Assembly (NCBI RefSeq): GCF_963921235.1 | Contig: NC_086124.1 | Coordinates: 28,024,001 to 28,088,000 of the forward strand | Source of the DNA: Mobula hypostoma | Lineage: Eukaryota | DNA length: 64,000 nucleotides | Direction: 5' to 3' | The notes under the pieces: model-generated | What the model saw: the letters and a program-made list of their open reading frames with translations, nothing else | Database searches by the model: none | What the model was told of the DNA's origin: nothing | Made by a program: the position numbers and the translations under genes | Shown: positions 49,688-62,138 of the stretch, piece after piece | How positions within the stretch are numbered: the first letter of the stretch is position 1 | Layout: each line of letters begins with the position of its first letter

Positions 49688-51978
49688 ATGGAGATTGAGG
49701 AATTTCTAAAGGCGCCGACCTTGGAGGCATTAGAGGATGCCAGGAGAGCGGAATTGGCAGCTGTGGCCAAACGGTTGAATCTTGTTAAGGGGAAGTCGAC
49801 AATGAGGAGAGAGGAGATACACAGAGCTATTGTAGAGCACTATGTATCTAAAGGTGTGTTTCCCCAAGGGGAGCTGGAGGTGGTGTCTATTGGAAATCCT
49901 GGTGGAGACGCAGTACAGGTGCAGCTTGAAAAACTGAGACTCGAGCACGAGTTCCGGGTACGGCGGTTAGAACACGAAGAGAAACAGTTAGAACGACAAC
50001 GAGAAGAGAGGCAGTTGGAGCGAGAAGAGAAACAGAGGGAAAGGGAATTCGAGCTGGAGAGGTTAAAGTTAAGGGCAGAGCAGGGGCCCATGCTGAACCA
50101 AGTTGGAGGGTTCAGGGTGACCCAGGAGGTTAGGCTGGTTCCCTCATTTGACGATACCGATGTGGATCGGTACTTTCTCCATTTCGAAAAAGTTGCTGCA
50201 AGTCAGGACTGGCCGAAGGATAAGTGGGCTGTTTTGCTTCAGAGCGTACTTAAAGGGAAAGCCCAACAAGCTTACTCGGCTGGCCTGTGGAAGATGCCCA
50301 GAGGTATGAGGTGGTGAAAGAGGACATCCTCAGGATTTATGAGTTGGTCCCGGAGGCATACCGGCAGAGGTTCCGGAATGCGAGGAAGCAGTGGGACCGC
50401 ACGTATTTAGAGTTTGCCCGTGAGATGCAGACATATTGTGAGCGTTGGTGCGCCTCGAAGGGGGTAGAGGGGGATTATGACAGACTGCTACAGCTGATCC
50501 TGATTGAGCAGTTTAAAGGTTATGTCCCTGAGGGTATGAGACCCTACCTCGATGAGAAAGAGGCAGCCACGTTAGCCGCAACTGCTAAGTTAGCGGATGA
50601 GTATGCGTTGACGCATAAAATGAAGTTTGCCCCGAGTAAAGGCTACCAGAAGGGTAGTCAGGACGGCGGGGAGAGTCCGCCAGAAAAGTCAGTAAGTAAG
50701 CCGGGGACTAGTGAGAAGGATAAGGTAGACCAGGAGCAGTCTGGTAGGAAGTCTCCTGGGGTCGTCTGTTATAATTGTGGGAAAGTCGGGCACTTTGCGT
50801 CCAGGTGCTTTTCCCCAAAGAAGGAGACGGGGAAAGGAAAAACGGCGATTTCGACTGGCTGTATTGAGCTGGTAAACAAACCGCTAGGAGAGGAAAGGTC
50901 TGCCAAAGTTCAGGAAGGGCGCAAGAGGTTTATCTTGGCCGGATGGGTGTCGGTGAAGGAGAGGTTAAACCCAGTTCCAGTACGGATCTGGAGAGAAACG
51001 GGAGCGTGTCAGTCATTGATATTAAAGGGTGCGTTAGACTTTAGTTCAGAGATCGAGACTGGGAAAGTCAGGGTCATAAGAGGCATTGGACAAGGGACTG
51101 AGGCAGTCCCTTTGCACCAGATACACCTACAAAGCAACTTGGTCTCTGGACTAGTCACGATCGGGGTGAGGCCCGAATTACCGATGAAAGGCGTGGAAGT
51201 CTTGCTCGGTAATGACCTCGCCGGGGGAATTGTGTTCTCGGCAGTGAGATTGACAGGTCAGCCTGCCAGCATTGAGGCCCCGACAATGGACTCACAGGTT
51301 CATCCTGTTTGCGCAGTGACTTGGCGTGTGTCCAGAAAGACTGCCGAAGTAAATTTAGCTGAGACGTTTCTACCAGCCTTGTACCAGGAGGAGGTAGAAA
51401 GTGAAAAGAAGGAGTGTAGTGAAACAGGAGGAAGTGAGGGAGCTGAGGCAGACTTAGCATTAGCCAGGAAGAAATTTGTACAGGCGCAGGAGCGAGACGA
51501 AGAGCTGAGGGTTTCGGCGGAGACCGCTCTCTCTGAAGCAGAATTAAAAAGTGAGCCAGTAGGCTATTGTGTGGAGGAGGGAGTGCTAAGGAAGAAAGGG
51601 AGACCAAGTACCGTACCCGCAGATGAGGAATGGGGGATGGTGCCAAAAATTTATGGGGATGAGATTCTTAACCTGGCCCACAAGATACCCCTCGGTGGAC
51701 AATTTAGGGGGAGTGAAACGGTCGGCGGAATCATGAAAGAGTTTTACTGGCTGCACAGGAGGAAGGATGTTATTGACTATTGCAGACGTGAGTTAACACA
51801 GTTAGAGGCTATTAACATGTTAAAAGCCCACCACGATCAGAGAACTGATCTGGCTGGTGATATCATGAAAATTAATGAGGCTAGGGTGCCACCTGAGAAG
51901 GGGAGGGCCCATTTTGAAAAAAATAAATGTGGTGCCGACCAGATGGGAGATGTCTATTGTTTTGATCCGTTTTGCTGA
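49688..51978 (+). pseudogene. gag-protease(-integrase fragment), copy 1, frameshifted near 50285
   Basis: MEIEEFLKAPT...; SCAN-like YRQRFR...LILIEQFK; CYNCGKVGHFASRC; protease RETGACQS (catalytic D>E); INT-start remnant LAHKIPLGGQ...FYW. Confidence 0.85.
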
Positions 51979-52164
51979 TAAGGTCTCTCACCTAAACCTC
52001 GAACAAAGCAGGCCATTGATAAAGCTAATTAAACGGCACACGCGCGTAGGTGTAGACGTCCTGAGGCGATGCAAAGAGCTGGGACATGGGGCTGTGGTCA
52101 CATCAGGTTAGCCTAGTGAGCAACACCCCTATAGAATGATTAATTCAGTGACAAACGGAACGAA

Positions 52165-52449
52165 GTGTATACTGGCGATGTAGTGGTCTGGAGTAACACA
52201 TGGGAGGAGTTTAAAAAGCTGTTTGAAGCCAGCCTGACAGTAATCCTCGCAAAGAGTGAATTCGGCCACGAAAAAGTCACTTATCTGGGATTTGTGGTAG
52301 GACAGGGGCAGCTGGCTCCGATGCAAGCTAAGGTGCGGGCTATCGCTGAAGTAGCCACCCCGACAGACAAGAGAGCCCTGAGAAGGTTCTTGGAGATGGT
52401 GGGGTACTATCGGAAGTTTTGCAGAAAAAAAAAGCAACTTTGCGGATAG
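52165..52449 (+). pseudogene. RT fragment, copy 1
   Basis: YTGDVVVWS (dead YxDD)...VTYLGFVVGQG...LRRFLEMVGYYRKFC. Confidence 0.85.
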
Positions 52450-52801
52450 TGCCCACCCTCTTACTAAGCCCTTGCCAAAGAATGCTTAGTTGGTATGGGA
52501 CGACCCTTGTTATCTGTGTCCGGGGAGTGGGGGAAACCACTGAGAAGTTACAGTGAACACAATTCATTAGTGTTTTCGGCCACTATGAAGTCTGCTAAGT
52601 TGGAGCCTGGTTTGAGAGGGTTATTAAAATAACACATATAAAAGGAACAGAAAATGTGATTGCTGACTGTCTGTCAGGTGTTGACAACTTAAAATTCTCT
52701 GTATTAGCCAAATAGCTGATGAAGATGTATATTTGTGTGTATCTAATAATGTATTCATGCTTGTAATTTTTACCCCGGTAAAAATCCCTAAAGGGGAGGG
52801 G

Positions 52802-53399
52802 TGTGACAAAAGAGGGTTACAAAAGTACACATAGACTAAGATGTTAACTGTCCTGTGCTATCACAAGTGGGATCATCAGTTGATCTGCCACCTGTCTTCA
52901 GGAGAGAGAGATAAGTAAGACAATGGAGCAGCATTGGGAAATGTTAATGAAGAGACGAGAGAGATTAACTGAAGGAGACACCGGTCTGAGTATTGTCAAG
53001 ACCTGCTGCTTTGAACCCTGAACCGTTTGAAGTCTGATGGACAGGCGATACCCCAGCAGGGGGTATAAAAAGGGACAGGTTCGCTAAGGCAACAGACACC
53101 ACTCACGACACCACGAGGTAACGAGACCCTGGAAGCGGTGCGCCCCCCACAAGTCGGTGGGAGTTTTGGAGGGCTGGTCGCGGGACCAGCCATAGACGCA
53201 CAGGGTGGAAAGATACGGTCGGCGGGTACCTGGTGTGTGTGTCCGTCCTTGCCTGGGTGCCGGGTTCACCGCCGATAGCGATCGTATCTGGAACGGAGGG
53301 GTCACAGTCGGTGACCTCAGAAGACATTACAAAGGGCTCGCCCGATAGCTGACAGCGAGGAATATCGAAGGTCTGTTTGGAATCCGATTTGAATATTCA

Positions 53400-53450
<51 letters not shown>

Positions 53451-53729
53451 GGCACAACAGCGATTACTGCGAACTGAACTAAACTGAACTCTGTCACTTG
53501 TGATTGATCAGTTTACCCCTAGACTGCGATAGAGCTTGATTGACCTTATTATCCTAGTTCTGTGTACATGTGTGTTTATTCATTGCTAACCTGTTGCATT
53601 TATATCCTTACTATTAGAGTACTGTGTTGCTTATTTCTTTAATAAAACTTTCTTAGTTCCAGTCATCCAGACTCCAACTGAGTGATCCATTTCTGCTGGT
53701 TTGGCAACCCAGTTACGGGGTACGTAACA
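52802..53729 (+). repeat. LTR2 (shared middle LTR)
   Basis: Preceded by the PPT and followed by the PBS; long (CT)n tract. Confidence 0.92.
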
Positions 53730-53829
53730 TAAGTGGGGATCTCGTCCGCGATTTCGAACGCTAAATTTGGGACGGGGTAAATTGATTGGGTTAAAAATTC
53801 CCGAAAGAAAGAAAAGGCAAACAGCAGAA

Positions 53830-56599
53830 ATGGAAATTGAGGAGTTTCTAAAGGCGCCGACCTCGGAGGTATTAGAGGATGCCAGGAAAGTGGAATTGGC
53901 AGCTGTGGCCAAACGGTTGAATCTTGTTAAGGGGAAGTCGACAATGAGGAGAGAGGAGATACACAGAGCTATTGTAGAGCACTATGTATCTAAAGGTGTG
54001 TTTCCCCAAGGCGAGCTGGGGGTGGTGTCTATTGAAAAACCTGGTGGAGACGCAGTACAGGTGCAGCTTGAAAAACTGAGACTCGAGCACGAGTTCCGGG
54101 TACGGCGGTTAGAACACGAAGAGAAACAGTTCGAACGGCAATGATAAGAGAGGCAGTTGGAGCGAGAAGAGAAACAGAGGGAAAGGGAATTCGAGCTGGA
54201 GAGGTTAAAGATAAGGGCAGAGCAGGGGCCCATGCCGAACCAAGGTGGAAGGTTCAGGGCGACCCAGGAGGTTAGGCTGGTTCCCCCATTTGACGATACC
54301 GATGTGGATCGGTACTTTCTCCATTTCGAAAAAGTTGCTGCAAGTCAGGACTGGCCGAGGGATAAGTGGGCTGTTTTGCTTCAGAGCGTACTTAAAGGGA
54401 AAGCCCAACAAGCTTACTCGGCTGGCCTGCGGAAGATGCCCAGAGGTATGAGGTGGTGAAAGAGGCCATCCTCAGGATTTATGAGTTGGTCCCGGAGGCA
54501 TACCGGCAGAGGTTCCGGAATGCGAGGAAGCAGTGGGACCGCACGTATTTAGAGTTTGCCCGTGAGATGCAGACATATTGTGAGCGTTGGTGCGCCTCGA
54601 AGGGGGTAGAGGGGGATTATGACAGACTGCTACAGCTGATCCTGATTGAGCAGTTTAAAGGTTATGTCCCTGAGGGTATGAGACCCTACCTCGATGAGAA
54701 AGAGGCAGCCACGTTAGCCGCAACTGCTAAGTTAGCGGATGAGTATGCGTTGACGCATAAAATGAAGTTTGCCCCGAGTAAAGGCTACCAGAAGGGTAGT
54801 CAGGACGGCGGGGAGAGTCCGCCAGAAAAGTCAGTAAGTAAGCCGGGGACTAGTGAGAAGGATAAGGTAGACCAGGAGCAGTCTGGTAGGAAGTCTCCTG
54901 GGGTCGTCTGTTATAATTGTGGGAAAGTCGGGCACTTTGCGTCCAGGTGCTTTTCCCCAAAGAAGGAGACGGGGAAAGGAAAAACGGCGATTTCGACTGG
55001 CTGTATTGAGCTGGTAAACAAACCGCTAGGAGAGGAAAGGTCTGCCAAAGTTCAGGAAGGGCGCAAGAGGTTTATCTTGGCCGAATGGGTGTCGGTGAAG
55101 GAGAGGTTAAACCCAGTTCCAGTACGGATCTGGAGAGAAACGGGAGCGTGTCAGTCATTGATATTAAAGGGTGTGTTAGACTTTAGTTCAGAGATCGAGA
55201 CTGGGAAAGTCAGGGTCATAAAAGGCATTGGACAAGGGACTGAGGCAGTCCCTTTGCACCAGATACACCTACAAAGCAACTTGGTCTCTGGACTAGTCAC
55301 GATCGGGGTGAGGCCCGAATTACCGATGAAAGGCGTGGAAGTCTTGCTCGGTAATGACCTCGCCGGGGGAATTGTGTTCTCGGCAGTGAGATTGACAGGT
55401 CAGCCTGCCAGCATTGAGGCCCCGACAATGGACTCACATGTTCATCCTGTTTGCGCAGTGACTTGGCGTGTGTCCAGAAAGACTGCCGAAGTAAATTTAG
55501 CTGAGACGTTTCTACCAGCCTTGTACCAGGAGGAGGTAGAAAGTGAAAAGAAGGAGTGTAGTGAAACAGGAGGAAGTGAGGGAGCTGAGGCAGACTTAGC
55601 ATTAGCCAGGAAGAAATTTGTACAGGCGCAGGAGCGAGACGAAGAGCTGAGGGTTTCGGCGGAGACAGCTCTCTCTGAAGCAGAATTAAAAAGTGAGCCA
55701 GTAGGCTATTGTGTGGAGGAGGGAGTGCTAAGGAAGAAAGGGAGACCAAGTACCGGGCCCGCAGATGAGGAATGGGGAATGGTGCCAAAAATTTATGGGG
55801 ATGAGATTCTTAACCTGGCCCACAAGATACCCCTCGGTGGACAATTTAGGGGGAGGGAAACAGTCGGCGGAATCATGAAAGAGTTTTACTGGCTGCACAG
55901 GAGGAAGGATGTTATTGCCTATTGCAGACGTGGGTTAACACAGTTAGAGGCTATTAACATGTTAAAAGCCCACCACGATCAGAGAACAGATCTGGCTGGT
56001 GATATCATGAAAATTAATGAGGCTAGGGTGCCACCTGAGAAAGGGGAGGGCCCATTTTGAAAAAAATAAATGTGGTGCCGACCAGATGGGAGATGTCTAT
56101 TGTTTTGATCCGTTTTGCTGATAAGGTCTCTCACCTAAACCTCGAACAAAGCAGGCCATTGATAAAGCTAATTAAACGGCACACGCGCGTAGGTGTAGAC
56201 GTCCTGAGGCGATGCAAAGAGCTGGGACATGGGGCTGTGGGCACATCAGGTTAGCCTAGTGAGCAACACCCCTATAGAATGATTAATTCAGTGACAAACG
56301 GGCTAAGGAACGAAGTGTATACTGGCGATGTAGTGGTCTGGAGTAACACATGGGAGGAGTTTAAAAAGCTGTTTGAAGCCAGCCTGACAGTAATCCTCGC
56401 AAAGAGTGAATTCGGCCACGAAAAAGTCACTTATCTGGGATTTGTGGTAGGACAGGGGCAGCTGGCTCCGATGCAAGCTAAGGTGCGGGCTATCGCTGAA
56501 GTAGCCACCCCGACAGACAAGAGAGCCCTGAGAAGGTTCTTGGAGATGGTGGGGTACTATCGGAAGTTTTGCAGAAAAAAAAAGCAACTTTGCGGATAG
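53830..56599 (+). pseudogene. gag-PR-INT/RT remnants, copy 2
   Basis: Near-identical to copy 1 with the same frameshift and deletions, plus an extra stop at 54142. Confidence 0.85.
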
Positions 56600-56951
56600 T
56601 GCCCACCCTCTTACTAAGCCCTTGCCAAAGAATGCTTAGTTGGTATGGGACGACCCTTGTTATCTGTGTCCGGGGAGTGGGGGAAACCACTGAGAAGTTA
56701 CAGTGAACACAATTCATTAGTGTTTTCGGCCACTATGAAGTCTGCTAAGTTGGAGCCTGGTTTGAGAGGGTTATTAAAATAACACATATAAAAGGAACAG
56801 AAAATGTGATTGCTGACTGTCTGTCAGGTGTTGACAACTTAAAATTCTCTGTATTAGCCAAATAGCTGATGAAGATGTATATTTGTGTGTATCTAATAAT
56901 GTATTCATGCTTGTAATTTTTACCCCGGTAAAAATCCCTAAAGGGGAGGGG

Positions 56952-57848
56952 TGTGACAAAAGAGGGTTACAAAAGTACACATAGACTAAGATGTTAACTG
57001 TCCTGTGCTATCACTAGTGGGATCATCAGTTGATCTGCCACCTGTCTTCAGGAGAGAGAGATAAGTAAGACAATGGAGCAGCATTTGGAAATGTTAATGA
57101 AGAGACGAGAGAGATTAACGGAAGGAGACATCGGTCTAAGTATTGTCAAGACCGGCTGCGTTGAACCCTGAACCGTTTGAAGTCTGATGGACAGGCGATA
57201 CCCCAGTAGAGGGTATAAAAAGGGACAGGTTCGCTAAGGCAACAGACACCACTCACGACACCACGAGGTAACGAGACCCTGGAAGCGGTGCGCCCCCCAC
57301 AAGTCGGTGGAAGTTTTGGTGGGCTGGTCGCGGGACCAGCCATAGACGCACAGGGTGGAAAGATACGGTCGGCAGGAACCTGGTGTGTGTGTCCGCCCTT
57401 GCCTGGGTGCCGGGTTCACCGCCGAGGAGCGATCGTATCTGGAACGGAGGGGTCACAGTCGGTGACCTCAGAAGACATTACAAAGGGCTCGCCCGAAAGC
57501 TGACTGCGAGGAATATCGAAAGTCTCTTTGGAATCCGATTTGAATATTCATTCGTTCTCTCTCTCTCTCTCTCTCTCCAACGGCACAACAGCGATTACTG
57601 CGAACTGAACTAAACTGAACTCTGTCACTTGTGATTGATCAGTTTACCCCTAGACTGCGATAGAGCTTGATTGACCTTATTATCCTAGTTCTGTGTACAT
57701 GTGTGTTTATTCATTGCTAACCTGTTGCATTTATATCCTTACTATTAGAGTACTGTGTTGCTTATTTCTTTAATAAAACTTTCTTAGTTCCAGTCATCCA
57801 GACTCCAACTTCTGCTGGTTTGGCAACCCAGTTACGGGGTACGTAACA
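56952..57848 (+). repeat. LTR3
   Basis: Preceded by the PPT and followed by the TSD GTAT; short deletion near the 3' end relative to LTR1/2. Confidence 0.92.
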
Positions 57849-58120
57849 GTATTTTGAAAACACATTGAAACTACATCGTCTATATGAACAGTGCTCTTTA
57901 AATATTATTATTGCCTAAAGAAAAACACGGAGATAAATTTTATTCACCAATCCGATCAGTATATCGGAGGTTCATCATCCGAAGTTCAGACAGGAAGGAC
58001 GATCGACTGTGTTAACCGGAGTATGTAATAAATTGCCCACCAATCAGACGTCTTCACCAGTTTACTGCGTACCGCTACTTCCCATTGTCTTATTCCTCGA
58101 GTCGGTGAATAGGAACGTAC

Positions 58121-58301
58121 CGGGAAATGCAACCAAAGCGAGGACGGGATAGCAGATGGGCTGAATTGTCAGTAGTAAGTACCAGATCCGATCGTCTGCT
58201 GTCATCCAACTATCATTTAAAAAATTATAGGTAGCCAGGCTGAAGACACCCTTCCCCGTCGCTGGAACATTCCATGGTCCTATTTCTCGATCCTGATCCA
58301 T
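58121..58301 (-). pseudogene. GPR139-like GPCR copy D, exon 1
   Basis: MDQDREIG...IQPICYPVLALVAFP G|GTACGT, 181 nt. Confidence 0.85.
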
Positions 58302-61242
58302 TTTCCGTCACTTTTCCCAGATTCCAGTCGGTGACCGGCACTTCGCACGTAGCAGATCTAACCGTTCACGTAAAATCCCAGTTTTATGTTCGCAACTTCC
58401 CAGTTATTACCTTCCGCTTAGGAGCCGCTGCGGTCTGTGTGTGACGGAGGGGTTGCTGTCGCTAACATCGTGAAATTTCATCGAAAGGAGCAATTTTAAA
58501 GAGAACTGCGAATCCCCCAGTGACACAACCAGGCTCCTTGCTGGCTGACGCTAATTACTCAACGTATATCTACGGTTAACCCTTTCGAATCCGGACCGCT
58601 GTGGCAACACGTAAATGTAATTATTTACCTGGATGGTGATGTCCAGGATGTTTGTCCACCGATCTCGGAAATCCCTTCTGCATCATCTCGCAGGAGACAC
58701 AAAAGCCTGGAACCACGTACCATCAGGCTCAGGATCAGCTTCAGTGACACCGTTAGAAAAATATTCAACGCTTCTCCCTGACGATTGGACGGACTCTTGA
58801 TATTGCAATCTGCCTCACTGTGACTTTGCAATTTGTTGTTCGCCTGCGGTGCACTTGCTCTGTAACTGCAGCGCTTTATTCCGCCCTCTGTCATTGTATT
58901 ACCTGGAAACTCAATGAACTGTGCCAATGATTTTTACTATGTTTATTTTTTTATGTCTTTGCGTTGTATTGAATGCGGAGTAACAATTATTTCGTTCTCT
59001 TTTACGCTTGTGAATGGAAATGATATTAAAGAATGTCGAATCCCGAATAATAAACCCATTTGTCAATTGGCCGTTGTCCAGTGGGTTGGACCAGTGGGAT
59101 CAGGGCGTGTGATCCTGAATTCTACTAACTTTGAGCAGTCTCCTCAGAGTGAAAGACTGAGATGAGATCCTTTCCATGGATGGGAGGAGGGTGATATACA
59201 CTCGAGAACATCGCCGCATCTAATCTGACGTCACTGCGTGGGCGATGAAGAAGTCGATATTCTGTATTGGATGGGGGACACTTCCGATATTATGCGGGGA
59301 CAAATTGCTTTCTGAAAGGGATTTGGACCAAATTCGTATTAAAGTCCAACGTACTGCATCCCTTTTTACAGCCTTTCCACTCACCTGAAACTGCGATAAC
59401 CCACGCAGAATGCTGGAGGGGTTCAGCAGGTCAGACAGCATCTACGGAGGTGAATAAAGTGTCGACGTTTCCGGTCGAGACCATTTTAAATAGAGCTGCG
59501 AATAAGACCGGAGGGGAAGGAGCACATGCCAGAACACGAAGGTGGGGGAGGCGATAAGGAGTACGGACTGGTACGTGATACTTGTGGCTAAGTGAGCGGT
59601 TAGGTGGGTGGATGGGGAGGAGGGATTAACTAAAGACGTTGTAGTTGATAGTTGGAAACAGTAAGAGCTGGAGAAGAAGGAATCTGATGAGAGAAGGCAA
59701 TAGACCATGGGAGAAATGGAAGGAGTTGGTCACAAGGGGGAGGTGATCTGCTGCTGAGGAGATGAAGGAAGAATAGTGCCAGAAAGGATAATTGAAGACA
59801 AGGGAAAGGGAGCGGAGAAAATGATCGGAAACCATTAAAATCATGGATCGGCGTTTAAGAGGGATGTAATATATGTAGAACTTTAAGAGAGATTGTGTCC
59901 AAATCCCTTTCATAAATAAATAAAGCAATTTAGTCCGCTTAATTTCCGAATTTTTCCTCATCCGATACAGAATTATCCGCCAACGCAGTGACGTCAGATT
60001 AGGTGGAACAAAGTTCCAGGGTTTCGATCACCCTCCTCCATCCGTGGAAAGGATCCCATCTAGGTTTTCACTCTGATCAATGTTAGTCGCATACCGGTTC
60101 ACACGCCACGATTCCATCAGACGTGTAGGCCGTTCCCTAACCCATTGGTCCATCCTACTACTGAGGGGGCAAGTGGTAAAGTGCGTTTATTGTTTAAGAT
60201 TCAAAATTGTTTAATATGATTTCCATTACACAAGTCTAAAGGAGAACGCAATGGTTGTTACTCCGGATCCATTGCAGCGCAAAAGGAAAACAGAATACGA
60301 CAAAGAGCACAATGATAAAAATGACAATAAATATAAATGCATAAATAGTTTATATTCAGAGATTGATATTATGTCTAAAAAGTGACTGTACGGGTTGTGC
60401 GTTAAGTTTACTGATAGGAAATGATAAAGTAGTTGGTGGAATGTATTCGTAGGTAAAAGTGTTGATCTGCCTTACTGCTTGGAGAAAGTAACTGTTTTAG
60501 GAACTGCTGGTCCTGGTGTGGACGCTGCGCAGCATCCTGCCCCATGGGACAGAGATGATACATGGGCCTTTGTCACATTTGCTGATGCTGGAAAAAGAAA
60601 ACAATCTTGTATTACTTACCATTTATTCAGAAAAAAAAACAAATCATTACCACAGTGCATTGTGTTTCCAGGTAATACAATGACCGAGTGCAGAATAAAA
60701 TGCTGCAGTTAAAGAGTGGCAAAGGCGAACAACAATATGGAACGTCAGAGCGAGGCAGATTGCGATATCAGGAGTCCATCTAATCGTCGGGGTGAAGGGC
60801 AGAATATTTTTATAATGGCGTGATTGAAGCTGATCCTGAGCCTCATGGTGCGTGCTTTCAGGCTTTTGTGTCTCCTGTGAGATGATGCAGAACAAATGTC
60901 CAGGGGTGTGCTGGACATCACTGTTCTTTTATATAATTCGTTTTACATGTTGCTCCAGTGGTCCGGATTCAAAAAAGCATGCTGAGTAATTAACGTCAGC
61001 CCGCACGGACCCTGGTTGTGTCACTGGGGGATTCGCAGCTCTATTTAAAATTGCTCCTTTCGATGAAGGTGCACAGTGTTACCGAGAGCAACCCTTCCGT
61101 CAGACACGGACCGGAGCGGCTCGACAGCGGAAGACAATAATTGGGGAGTTGCGAATATCAAAGTGGGATTTTACGTGAACGGTTGGATCTGCAGCGTGCG
61201 AAGCGCCGGTCACCAACTGGAATCTGGGAACAGTGACGGAAA

Positions 61243-61423
61243 ATGGCTCAGGATCCAGAAACAGGACGATGGAATGTTCCAGTGACGGGGAAGGGTGTCT
61301 TCAGCCTGGCTCCCTATATTTTTGCGAAAAACCCTTGGATGACAGCAGACAGACGCATCTCCTATTTACTCCTGACCATTCAGCCCATCTACTATCCCGT
61401 TCTCGCTTTGGTTGCATTTCCCG
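61243..61423 (+). CDS. GPR139-like GPCR copy E, exon 1
   Basis: MAQDPETGRW...IQPIYYPVLALVAFP G|GTAAGT, 181 nt; inverted relative to A-D. Confidence 0.85.
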
Positions 61424-62138
61424 GTAAGTTGCTGACCAGCGATTGGAGAATCTGGAGACTGAGAAACAGTTATTACGGCGTCCTGTAAAGAGAACTGATT
61501 GGTGGAAATTTAATTACATGTTCCGGTTAACATAATCTATCGTCCTCACTGACTGAACTTCGGATGATAAACCTGTAATACATTGATCAGATTCGGTCAA
61601 TAACATTTTTCACCCTGTTTTTTTTTCTTTAAATAATAGTAATAATATCGAACTCACCAATTTGGACTGCAGTTTACAATAGATGGCTTCCCAAATATTG
61701 TTTAAATTTAAGAGACCGGCAGAAGAAGCCTGAGAGCTCGAGCTGATATTACAGCACCGCCTCAAAGCACCGAGTAATGAATTGATATGCGTGGACAGTG
61801 TGGAGACGCGTGTTTCCCTGTACCTTGTTATACCACTTTGGTAATATAGTAAAAAAATTCTAATTCAAAGACCAATTCCGAGCCCTATTCCAAATCCATC
61901 TTTACCGAAATCCGGAAACACTTCTTCCCAGCTGTTTGTTGTTTGTGGTGACGTAATTTTCCAGTTCTTTGTCGACTTCACCGAGCTATAATCCTGTCCC
62001 CAGCAGACATCGCCGATGCTGGCAAACTACAGTCTTCAAGTCTGGGTTCAAAAACATGTTTCCATATTTCCTGTCTGTGACTCTGCTGGTTTTGCTCCTT
62101 GCCCACTGACATGCTTGTGTTTCTTTCAATCCCAATAG

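Larger units (their letters stand above)
48683..57848 (+). mobile_element. Tandem Gypsy (Gmr1-like) LTR retrotransposon: LTR-int-LTR-int-LTR, non-autonomous
   Basis: Three LTRs TGTGAC...GTAACA, a single outer TSD GTAT, PBS after LTR1/LTR2 and PPT AAGGGGAGGGG before LTR2/LTR3. Order is gag(SCAN-like, CCHC)-PR-INT fragment-RT fragment-RH end. Confidence 0.93.

Noticed and set aside
61076-61285. Recurrent upstream ORF (LPRATLPSDTDRSG...) before each GPCR ATG
   Set aside because: Non-ATG start; end points differ among copies; explained by duplicated GC-rich 5' UTR.
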